Assembly: GCA_043228905.1 (NCBI GenBank)
Contig: JBHGNT010000020.1
Location: 4,278,001-4,342,000, forward strand
Origin: Azolla caroliniana
Lineage: Eukaryota; Plantae; Polypodiophyta
DNA: 64,000 nt
Direction: 5' to 3'
The notes under the pieces were generated by a model. It saw nothing but the letters and a program-made list of their open reading frames with translations, did not search any database and had not been told where the DNA came from. The position numbers and the translations under genes are program-made. The first letter of the stretch is position 1. Every line of letters starts with the position of its first letter. Of the stretch, positions 52,885 to 64,000 are shown piece after piece.

Positions 52885-54590
52885 GACCCAACACTTAATA
52901 TCTCCATGATTGCATGTGATCTCAAATGCATAATATGCTCTCTTTCCCGCTTCTAAGAGAGAGAGAGAGAGAGGTTATTATGATCTTTGAGGTCATATTT
53001 GATTTAGCTAACTAGAAAATAAACATTTTCACATAATTTGCATGTTGAAATCAAACATCGTTGTGAAATCAATGTGTGTATGGAGTGGATTCAATTAACA
53101 ATGTATACAAGCAAACTCGATTGTGGTGGAAGACATATCATTGTATTGAAATGTGGTATTGATAGTCCAAAACTTATTAATGGCAAAATAAATCAGAATG
53201 CATTTCATAGCCAGTTTTCAAATATTTCTATTTGCCATCATAATTAATTGATTGTCATCATTTGACAATAATGATTGTTAAAATATTTGAGGAAACTATG
53301 GGTGAGACCAAAAATGCAAGATCATGGAGAAGATAATAGTACCAAAACAATCATTTGCACAAATCATTAAAGGTGCGGAGGTGACTGAATAATATTGGGC
53401 CACATTCCATGAAGTTGTTGACCATGCAGTAAATGACATTATGCCTGCAAACAATGATAATATGAATGATGTAGAGCTTGAGTAAACTAAAGATTCCATG
53501 CAAATCTCATAAAGAAGAGGCACTAAGAAAAGTGCTGATTGGCCAAACTAGCATCAACACTGAAACCTTAGATAGAAGGAGGAGAGCCTAGGCTTGAAAA
53601 TGGGTATGGGTTTCCTTTGTAGCATTGGCTGAGTGAATGTCAATCAATGTGTAAAAGATATATATATCGTGTAAAGGTTGAAGAAGCCACTTTGTTTGTA
53701 TATTCTGTTCTCTTTTCTCTTTCCTCTATTGTATGTGCTACCATCCTTTTGCACATGTTCTTTGCAATGTGGTAATCACTGAGAACTGTTGTGGAAACTA
53801 CTACTTCAGTATCCACCATGCCAGGTGGCTCGCTTCATACAACATTGTAGCCCAATCGCTTATCAAGTGGTGTCAGACCATTGGTTCAACTCAAGTGAGC
53901 AAAGAGGTGAGTAAAGAACATTTAAAAAGCTCCATAACATCTTCAAGGAGAAGAGCTTAGAAGAAAAGTTTTCAGAAGAGAACTACACAATAATCAGCTA
54001 CATGAGTGAATACAATGGTTATCATAGTGTGTCAACTACCAATTTAAACCTGTTGTATTAGAACTATCAAAGTGCCTTCATGTTCTGATAACCATTATAC
54101 ATTTAAACAAGTAGAACCATACTATAGGAAATTTCCAAAAGGGACATTTTCTTATGGAAGAGTTTACAGATCCATAAGTTTGACAGAATTGTTAGGTCTT
54201 ATTTGATCACAGCTCAAATCTAGAAAATTTAAGAGCATCATAAGAAAGATCAAATAACTAATCAAGTCAGGAATGGATACATGTTTTTGACCGTACATTG
54301 GTTATGACCACAATAATCTAGATAAGGCCTGATATTTTGGTTGGCAGAATTTCATAAATTTACCCACTACTCATTATACGACATTTATTACTAGCCCAAT
54401 ACTTCAAAAATCCTGCAAAACATGTGTAAAACTCTCTGATAGAAAAACACACAAATGGGTTGCGGTCTAAAGCACAAAAGTTAATGCCACTGAATCTTAA
54501 ACCTAATGAAGTTAATGTAATATTAATGTAGAAAATGCCGTACAACATGCACTTCTATGATGATAAATCAACATAGAAAACATAAATGTC

Positions 54591-56378
54591 TCATCCCATT
54601 ACAAGTACATTTTCAAGTAATGATAAGGCTTTCTCTGACTTTCCAGTCTTTGATATATGATTCATGAGTATTGTGCGCGTCACTTTATCGGGTTTGCACC
54701 CACTCTCTTTCATGCATGATATAACAGAGAGTGCATCGTCAAGCCTCCCAATTCTTATCAAATGGGCAAACATAGAATTATAGCTATGTAAATCAGGCTT
54801 ACACCCCTTAGACCCCATTTCTTCCAAAACCCCAAGAGCATCATCTAACTTACCTTGCTTTGCAAGACAATCCATCAATATATTAAAAGTTACAGTGGTG
54901 GGCCGACATCCTTGATTTTGCATAAGAGCGAACGTGGAAGAAACCTCATCATATTTCTTGTTCCTAACAAGACCAGACATAATGCTATTGTATGTCACCG
55001 CATCTCTCCGGCACTTCATAGCCGGCATTAACTCAAACAACTCTAAAGCATCCTCGATCTTCCCAATCTTTGCAAGCCAAATTATGAGTATATTGAAAGT
55101 TGCGGTGCAAGGCCTGCATTTGTGCTCTATCATCTTGAGGAACGTTGACAGGGCCATGTCGCCTTTGTGAAGCTTGATTAGGTTAGATATGATACTGTTG
55201 TATGTTGTCGCATTTGGTTCACATTGCAATGAGCTCATATTCTCAAGCATACTCAATGCCTCTTTAATTTTCCCATTCTTGGCCAACCAGTCGATAAGCA
55301 TCGTAAAAGTAGCTATTGTGGGTCTGCAACCACTTTGGCTAAGCTGGGTAAAAACTTGTAGAGCCAGTGTTTCAAGATCAGCTTTGAGCAACCCAGATAT
55401 GAAGCTATTAAATGTGACAATATCTGGTTTGAGCCCGTGGGCAGACATATTCTCAAGTAATTTTGCTGCTTCTTCGAAGTTTCCCTCTTTCGCAAGAAAA
55501 TTGATGAGTGTAGTATATGCATAAGAATCAACGACGAACCCCTTCTCAATCATGGATGAGATCATAACAAGGGCATCATCCCATTTGTCTACTCTAAGAA
55601 GACCCAATACCATGACATTGTAAGTGACAGTATTCGGAAGGCAAGATTCTTTGCAACAATTCATCATTTGATGGAACAAACTGAAAGCCTCATTCATGTC
55701 ACATCGGTGAGGGTTTACAAGAGTCTTCAACATGGCATTGTATATGGAAACATCGAGCAAGAAATGCTCATTTGCATTACCGTGAGCATTACCATCATTC
55801 TGATCATTGCGATTACTGTGATCATGAACACTATCATGATGATGAGATTGGAAAGAATTGATGAAAGAAAATACCTTTGCAGAGTGTGCGAGGAGGCCTG
55901 CATCACCAAAGCTCGAGATTAGGTGTGAAAAGAATCTTGGGTGGATCCGGAGGCTGGATGCTTGGATAGATTCGAGGATTGGCCAGATAGATTGTTTCAA
56001 CACGTCATCATTATCACCGTTTTTGTTGTTATTATCATGGGTGGAGGTGGAGGAAGAGGAGGAAAGGCGGAAGAGAGCCGAGGCAAGAGCCTTGCTGGTG
56101 TTGCAAGTGTGAGAGAACCTGGGTTGCTGCGCGGCCCATCTGAACACGTTGAAAGCCATTTCTGGGGTTTTCTGCATTTTTATGGCGTGGCAGAGGAGAT
56201 TAGGGTTTAGTGTGGATTGGACGGTAAGTGTAGAACAGAGTTGAGCTTCTAATGAAGCACTCCATCTCTGTTGATGTTCTTTCTGTGAAAAGATGGAGGC
56301 GAGTTGAGATTTAACGTGCAGCAGGAGCCTCTTCGAAGAAGAAGAAGAAGAAGAAGAAGCGACCTTGACCTTGGCCAT
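54591..56378 (-). CDS. P-class pentatricopeptide repeat protein, single exon, 595 aa
   Basis: About ten tandem 35-aa motifs (PNTVTYNVMVLGL, PDIVTFNSFISGL, PTTVTFNILMDCL), N-terminal FRWAAQQPRFSHT and a Ser-rich putative transit peptide. Confidence 0.95.
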   Translation of the reverse strand: MAKVKVASSSSSSSSKRLLLHVKSQLASIFSQKEHQQRWSASLEAQLCSTLTVQSTLNPNLLCHAIKMQKTPEMAFNVFRWAAQQPRFSHTCNTSKALASALFRLSSSSSTSTHDNNNKNGDNDDVLKQSIWPILESIQASSLRIHPRFFSHLISSFGDAGLLAHSAKVFSFINSFQSHHHDSVHDHSNRNDQNDGNAHGNANEHFLLDVSIYNAMLKTLVNPHRCDMNEAFSLFHQMMNCCKESCLPNTVTYNVMVLGLLRVDKWDDALVMISSMIEKGFVVDSYAYTTLINFLAKEGNFEEAAKLLENMSAHGLKPDIVTFNSFISGLLKADLETLALQVFTQLSQSGCRPTIATFTMLIDWLAKNGKIKEALSMLENMSSLQCEPNATTYNSIISNLIKLHKGDMALSTFLKMIEHKCRPCTATFNILIIWLAKIGKIEDALELFELMPAMKCRRDAVTYNSIMSGLVRNKKYDEVSSTFALMQNQGCRPTTVTFNILMDCLAKQGKLDDALGVLEEMGSKGCKPDLHSYNSMFAHLIRIGRLDDALSVISCMKESGCKPDKVTRTILMNHISKTGKSEKALSLLENVLVMG

Positions 56379-59300
56379 CTCCAGGGACAGGAAAAAAAAG
56401 AGGGAGAAAGGGTTTAGTTAGTTACTGACAGAGGAAGGGGAAGAAGGGTTGGGGGGTTTAAACTTTATATGAAGATGAAGATGAAGAAGAGAGATCTGTA
56501 CATACCATACCATACCATACCATACATATATATGTACATACATACCAATCAATAATAATTAACATACATATACATGTACATATATATGTTATATTGTATA
56601 TTACCTAATCCTTATACATAGAAATACATTACATTCATATATGTATGTATCCTTGGTTTTGGTCCAAGACAAAGTGCGTGCTTCTCTACAAACACGAATC
56701 CACCAACTCCGTACAAAGGTGTACCCCTCTCCCTCTTGGAAACATGCATATCTATTCTCGGTTGAAGAAGATGTAGGTTATTGGATTTGGAGGATTGCCA
56801 GTTGTGTCACATCAACCACGCCCCACAAGCTTCTTCACAACGATGGATGAGAGGCTTGAATGCATTAGTGTGGATGGGCCAAACATTGTTGTTGTTGTTG
56901 TTGTTGTTGTCGAGAGGCTAGGTGGATGGGCTAAAGAATTAAATGATAGTGAATAGAAGGACGTGGGTGTGGAGGATACAAGGGTCACTAAAGAAAAATA
57001 GTGCAACCGAGTGTAGTAGGGTGAGGAAATTAGATGTACCACCTCCAAATTGGGAATGAGACATGCCAAGGAACATAATGGGGATAAGAGATCAAAGGGA
57101 CATGTGACAAGTCACAATGAAAGACTATAATTAGCACCAATTTATTTGAAATCAAATGGGGGGAAATACACGAACTATTCATGCAACTCCTCTACTCCAT
57201 TCCATGACTACATATTTCAAGACTTTGTAATCTCATGATAGACTTCACAACATAATCATCATGCCTTGATGCCTCTTAACTTGACATTAGAGCCTCCAAA
57301 GGAATCGACAATTGTAAGGTTATAAAGTACAATCTTGTTTGTTGTAAATTTTGAGGATATGAGGTCAAATCAAGTGTATTTATTTATAAGCAAGTGAAAC
57401 CATACAACTCATGTGGTTCCCCCTATAGATTTCAAGTAGGTCAATGTCAATCATGGAGTATTAAGTCAATCCTTACTATCTTGTTCATCCCAGCTCCCTC
57501 TCACTTTTGTATGTTTGAGTTTGCTTTACACACATTACTAATCTCTAGGGCATGTACTAGGAACCAATTATCTGAGTTCCTCTGTATGTCTATCAAGATG
57601 GTTGAAGATATATAACAAAAGACAATCTTTCAAACTGGTACAACACTAGATTGCACATGACAAGGTTGCACAATAACTGTTTTCTCAAGCACAATGGAAT
57701 GTTTTTCAATTAAGCAATAGCATAAGGAAGAAAATGGTTTGATAAAGAATCTCATAAAACTCACGAGTAATTTATGGGTTTAGATGTTGTCATAGGTAAT
57801 GAAACATCAAAAGGACTTACATGCAAGCAAAAAGCTTATTCAAAGAAAGATAAGAATATGACACATTAAGCAATCATTTCTACACTCAAAAGAAAGTACA
57901 TGCATATGGCAAAATTTGGAGAAACCTCAAGGAGGAATACATTGACAATTATGGTAATTTCACTCTTACATATTTTTTAGTGTATTATACGAACTTTTAC
58001 AAGACAATGAGCCCGAGAAAGATTATGTGTGATAGTTCTCTCTACTTTTGTAAATGTATATATAAGGCTTAAGGAACTGTCTATTTGCAAGGTAGAATAA
58101 GTGATATGTTTTACTTACATTACAAAACATTCACATGATTATAGTACAAATTAAGTGAAACCATTCAATATAACATATGCAAATCATGAATTTCTCTCAT
58201 GGCAAAGCTATTTGGATGTGTAATGGATACACAAGAGGGCATACAGACAACCCAGTTGTATCAAAACAACATATAATCATCAATGGTCATGAATGCCAAA
58301 TTTATAAATATGCAAACTGGTCTCCACATTTACAATTTTTCAATTTGTCACATTTGCATAGTCATTGCCTTTCATAAACTGAACACCACAATGCTTCTTC
58401 TTTGCCTCTCCAAACATCTTTTGCAAGAATTAGATATCACACAATGAAATTCTGCAATTGAATTGGGCAGTTGCAATAGGAAAATCCGTTGAAATTAGAA
58501 TTTGAATCACACGCATTAGCAATAAAATAAATTTATTAGACACAAATTTAGATTCTTACAATTGCCTCAAACAGTCAGAATCAGAACTAGGATACAGAAT
58601 TAGTGCAGCACTTAAATGTTAAACATCACAACAGCATGTATATATATATATATACCGGTTATCAAACCATAAAACTCCCATCAATAAAAATTAATAAGAT
58701 ACCCCTAATTAGAATTAGCCTTTTTCAACTTGGATACACAAATAGACTGCTTATGCCAACAATGGATTAGACTTGCAATTAAATACAGATGTAGACCAGC
58801 ACTCAATATTCAACATCACAACATGTACTTATCTGTTTACAAAAGATAAAAACACCAGGTGGGAAATTTAGCAATATAAGCCTAATTGTCCACAAATTTC
58901 CTTTCAGTACCTCTGAAAATGTCATGATTACCAAATTACCATTTCTCCTCTTCTCTCCCAGACTCTTACTCCAAGTTCCCAAAATATCTCTCAAATTTCC
59001 TCATTCGTTAACAGATTCCAGAATACTTCTTTTTCAAAGTGTGAGAAGGAAATGGAAAAGTAAAGAGAGAAGGCAGAGAGTAGGACCGGGAGAAGAATTT
59101 AAGGGCAATTTAGTAACTCCATCTATTTCAGGGCTACCTCATGGATTTTGTGTATAGGGGTATTTTGGTGAGTTTCCCAAATCTAAAATCATGGCGGGAA
59201 GTTTTGAAGAGTTGAATAAGCTCGAGTAAAATGAAATTCTATAAAATTAATAACAAGTTCTAGGCTCAGTGAATGCTTCTTATGCAAAGACCCAAAATAT

Positions 59301-59463
59301 CCTTTAGTCCAGTCACTCATGATGAAGGCATTAGGTATCTCCCTGTAGGAAATACTAATCACCAACCATGCACTTAAACAAGCAGCAGATGTCTTAATTC
59401 GATGCATTAATTGGGTCAACTATCAATATAGAAACTAGCTTTACTTTTTTGCCTAGCTTTATT

Positions 59464-60464
59464 TCATGCAACTATAAATGGAAGCACCATAAGCATAAAT
59501 GTCTGATAGCTCAACGTTGCTGATCCTTTTAGTTGTGTGTCCTGCTCTTTAAACTTCTCTGTTAAGCCCTGTTATGTTTCCGACAAAACCATGAACATAG
59601 ATCATGTACTAAAGCATGAACGTTAGCTATACTGCATACATAATTCATGAGCACGGATTATTAACTAAAACATGAACACTGCTAATTTGACTACATGAAC
59701 ACACATTATTCACTAAAAACATGAGCCTCACTTTATCACACATGAGCATTTAACCTATACTGAGAGATGAACATATCTGAGTATAATTTACAAAACATGA
59801 ATACAGCTATTTAGTGCATAAATGAGCATAAATCATGCCAAAACATGAACATATATATTGCATACATGTGTATTTATCATACTAATAATAATGAACATAG
59901 CTATTGCACACATAAGCATGTGACATTTACTTAAACATGAACATAGCTATTGCACACATGAGAACATACCCTATACTAAAAAGAAACATAGAGATTGCAT
60001 ATTTACCATACATTAAAGCATTGGATGCATGAGCATAAATCATTTACTAAAACATGAACATAGTTATTCTTATCCAAAGCCATCATTATACCTTCACAAT
60101 CAATCCACTCCTGCAGATAAAACCACATTCAAATGATCAGAGATGATGCAAATGTTGCTGTTCCACTCAAATTCAGGTAAATAAAATTTAAAACATACTG
60201 GACAAAGCTGTCGTAATCCATAGCTTTCGATTGACCCGTTCGGTCATACTTTTGAAGAAGACAATCAAGAATGGGAGGAGAGACAGAATACCCCAAACTT
60301 AGCAAAGCCTCTCGCATTTCACCCTTGTCAATTGATCCACTCCTATCTCTATCAAATCTCTCAAAAATACCCTGGAAACATTCGCACAAGCACGAAATCC
60401 TAAATATTTCTTTGCCATAACAAAAAGGCAACCGTTTATAAGACCAGATTAGTTTCTGCTTACT

Positions 60465-60523
<59 letters not shown>

Positions 60524-60817
60524 GTAAAATGAAAACTGGAGCAAAGATCCAGTGAATGGTTAAATATAAGATGTGTCAATATGTACCAAAGTCTTTTAAC
60601 GAGAACAAAAGACTACTGAACTGTTGAAAATTAGATGTGCCCATATGTAGCAACGTTCTTTAGAGGTGCTATTTGATCAAAGAAACAGATTAGGTTCATG
60701 TGTATCTTCAATTGGCACACTACATAAACTTCATGAGAACATTAAGTATTTATCCAAGAATGTTAGTTACCTTCCAATCTTTCAAGGCTTTCCATAAAGT
60801 TGCAAACTCCTTGGGAC
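59464..60817 (-). CDS. Penta-EF-hand calcium-binding protein (CML48/49/50-like), last four exons: 60817-60771, 60371-60199, 60110-60092, 59568-59464; upstream exons not found in the window
   Basis: Spliced translation PKEFATLWKALKDWK|GIFERFDRDRSGSIDKGEMREALLSLGY..YDSFVQ|SGLIVK|GLTEKFKEQDTQLKGSATLSYQTFMLMVLPFIVA*. All introns are GT..AG and in phase. Confidence 0.92.
59585..60070. repeat. Degenerate minisatellite in the last intron of the penta-EF-hand gene
   Basis: Recurrent AAACATGAACATAGCTATTGCA motif. Confidence 0.7.
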
Positions 60818-60924
60818 CTAGAACACAACACACATGTGATTACCTTTTGGACACATACGCACCAATTAAGTGTATAATGATTCACATTAGCAAAATGCGA
60901 GAAATATCAATTAAATAAACATCT

Positions 60925-61380
60925 GCACCAATCTATCAGCAAAAGTTTCATGTAAGATTTGAGAATATGCTTTTCTGGACAGATGGCCATAGTGAAACAA
61001 AATGCAATAAGTATCGATTAAATTAAAAATCTGGCTCATAAAAATTGTGAATATGCTTATCTGGACAGAAGACCTTACTGCCAAGAAATCTGGCCCAATC
61101 TATCAGCAAATGTTTTGTGTAAAATTTGAGAATATGCTTTTTCAAACAGATGACTATAGTACAACAGAATATCAGGAATATTGATTAAATTAAAATCTGG
61201 GCCAATCTATCAGCGAATGTTTCTTGTAAAATTTAAGAATATGATTTTCTAGACAGACGATCGTAGTGCAACAAAATGCAAGAAATATTTATCAAATTAA
61301 AAATCGGGGCCAATCTATCAGCAAAAGTTTCTTCTAAATTGAAGATATCTTTTTCTGGACAGATGAACATAGTGTCATGA
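60925..61380. repeat. Degenerate ~100-bp tandem repeat in an intron of the penta-EF-hand gene
   Basis: CCAATCTATCAGC..GAATATG.TTT..GACAGA recurs 4-5 times. Confidence 0.75.
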
Positions 61381-61779
61381 AATATCATAAAAATGGTTAT
61401 CTCTAGTTATCGACATGGGCCTTTCCACATGGCATGGCTTGTAAAATGGGAGAAAGCAGTCGAAAGTCACCGAGGGCCTGCAATGACTAAATTGAAGGAT
61501 TTCACAAAGCAAAACATCAGGAGATGCCCGGTGTCAAAATAGAAGGTGAGCGAATGGTGATCCTTGTGCTGTATGTGAATAATCTGGTTTTCAAGAGAAG
61601 CACTTAAGTCGCTTTGCATTGCATCAAGCAGAGCCTGAAGTCCAAGTTTTGAACTCCTGCCTGGCGCTAGAGGTATATGAAAGGGACCAGGAGATATTTG
61701 TAGCTCAAACCAAGTATGCACCCTTAATTCTGAAAGCCTTTGGGATGGAAGACGGCAAGTCAACTTCCACGCCGATGAA

Positions 61780-62250
61780 GATCAACTTGAATCTTTGAAA
61801 GCTAGGAGCGGAAGGCTGGATAGAGTGGACGAATATCAGGGGCTCATCATGAGTCTCCTATATCTATATGATATAAGACCAAAAATAACCTATATGGTGA
61901 GAGGCTAGGCAATATTCACAATGAATCCAGAGAAAAAGCCATTGGCAAGCTGGGATGCATACTCTTACGTACCTAAATGGTACAGTTAGATGGAGATCAA
62001 CTTTGGAATTCTGTTTGACCCCTGTCTGCAATATTTTCTCAAACTGAGGACAAATAGTGAGTGTCTCGTTATCCTCAACAGAAATGGAGTATAAAGTGTA
62101 GGATCTCAGAATGCAATGTTCCATGGAAAGACCAAGCATATCAAGCATGATCCAATGCAAGTTCAGAAAGTGAAGTTTGAGTATTGTCTGAAAACAACCA
62201 ACTGTGTAGATCTCTTTATGTGGGCCATCAAACCTAAACAGACGACTAAG
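61780..62250 (+). mobile_element. Highly decayed Copia RT/RNaseH remnant (intronic)
   Basis: YQGLIMSLLYL..RPKITY, HWQAG..YLNGT, VSLSSTEMEY, FHGKTKHI. Confidence 0.7.
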
Positions 62251-64000
62251 TTCCAGTTGTGTGTTGTTCAAATGGAAGAATACCAATCAATAGGTAAGAT
62301 GATCAAATTGAAAGATGTGGTAATTCCTGTTGCAGGAATTTGCTACATAAAAGATGAAACGGATTCCAAATCAAATCGGATGACATTGTTGATATAACAT
62401 GCTTGGAGGTGATAGCTGGGTGTGGAAAAGCAGCAACAGTGCCACACGTGAGAACAAGAGGAAGAGTTGTATTTATCGTGGTAGGTGGATAACCATTCAC
62501 ACTAACTGCCTGCTGTGTAAGAAAGAACCTTAGATGGCATTCTAAGATTAGGTCATTAACTGCAGCATCTGAGCTGTATCTACATCTCCTTATCTGAGTC
62601 GTATCCAAATTTTTGCAGTTCACCTATCAAATTCGTTCTTATAATTGAGTGTTTTCTTCTTCCTATGCTGGGCTACGCACAAATTACATTCATAGTCTAT
62701 GCCATCAATCTCGTCATCGTCTCAATTATTTGTATTTCACACTTTTGAAGATAACATGCAAAGTTCTTCACACCTTTATAATGCTTTGATCCTATAAATA
62801 TAGATCCAGAAGCAACTTTTATGTGGAGCCTTTATCCCTCCCGTTCTAAAATGTTGAATTGCAAAAACTTCGTAAGCAAGCACTTTTGGACTTTTTCAAA
62901 CTGTTTCCAAGTTGACTTGGAGATATGTCTAACAAGCTGTATTATGTATTTCGCATCCAAGAAACCAGATTGCCCCTGACAAGGACGTTTACAAACTCTT
63001 AGACACAAACCCTAAAGAGGCTACCTGCAATCTAATCCTATTTCAGCAACAAAATACTCTATGCAGAGCTTCCAAGAAACTATCCAACTACAGTAGAAAT
63101 GAGGGGGGGAAAGCTATCAAACCTGTGTATTTTAGCACGAAAGCTTTTTGCAAGGGAATATGTTAGACTATGCCAAGAACAAATTTTCTTCTGCCGAAAG
63201 TGTTGGAGAACAACCTGCACTGAATCAATCCCTTCTTTAAGAGCTCATTAGCTTGATCCTTTGTTTTTTTCTTGGGTTGCACTAACCCTGTACACGGCTG
63301 TCCTGTTAGGTGGGCTACACTTGGGCATCAATAACTTATATGATGGTCAGATTATCTTGGAGCTAACTCTCCCACAGTAGAGAATCCAAAAAACAATTGT
63401 CGGAAGCATTCGAAAACTACTTTGTTGATTCAACTTCATGTGTGCATTTTCATCCTTTGCAGTGATAAAGATCTTTTGTTAGATTAGATATAAGACTCGA
63501 GAGCTTGTCCTTTATGCACAAGTGTAACTCTTTTCTGAATATGTGTCGAACATGCATATGCCTATATAGTCAAGGCATACCCAACACCATATCTCCATCT
63601 TATAGGGGCATAGGCTTTAACTTTGATGGGAAGCTTTCTAACAACTTCACCAAGACATACCAAATTTACTTCTGCCTACAAAGATTTTTACAAGTAAAAG
63701 AACGCTTCACAAGCTTCAAGGTCAATAAAGATTATAGAAATATGGTCCTTGATCTTTCCCCAAGCTCTGGGAAGTTAGTGACTTCTTTTCCTTCATAAAT
63801 ATACAATTCAGTTCTTCCATCAAAAGTTTTCTTTCTTTAAATGACTTCCCAATGGAAAACTTATTCTTCATCCTTTGCCTTGATCAGAATTCACTTAAAT
63901 GGATTCTTGTACTTTTAAAGTATTTTGCAACTGGAATCTTGATGACCATTGGACCATTTACTTGAAAAATTCCTCAGTTCTTATTGGGACTCTATTTAGC

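Noticed and set aside
53296-53960. Short ORFs downstream of the PPR gene
   Set aside because: No recognisable motif or consistent splice pattern.

Overview
Eukaryotic land-plant DNA, most likely from a non-seed plant such as a fern. That assignment is an inference from the Tcn1-type chromoviruses, tRNA-Trp-primed Ty3 elements, RTE/RTEX-like LINEs and abundant (CT)n. There are three host genes, all on the minus strand: a two-exon GT47/exostosin ARAD1-like glycosyltransferase (3731-6020), an intronless P-class PPR gene (54591-56378), and the last four exons of a penta-EF-hand CML48/49/50-like gene (59464-60817). Between them lies a ~37-kb nest of transposons (15.6-52.9 kb). The stand-out is an 11,787-bp TIR DNA transposon (28546-40332) with 26-bp GGG..CCC TIRs and an imperfect 4-bp TSD; its empty site is visible in the sister LTR. 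It carries an intron-containing Sola2-like DDD transposase and a convergent multi-exon accessory gene (coiled coil + RING-H2 + acidic repeats). The largest intron of each gene is filled with AGTACT-rich tandem arrays. Other oddities are a three-segment fold-back LTR, an LTR element with a 189-bp interior, tRNA-like cassettes inside LTRs, and a LINE family whose 3' stubs sit in microsatellites. All coordinates were read by eye and may be off by a few bases.
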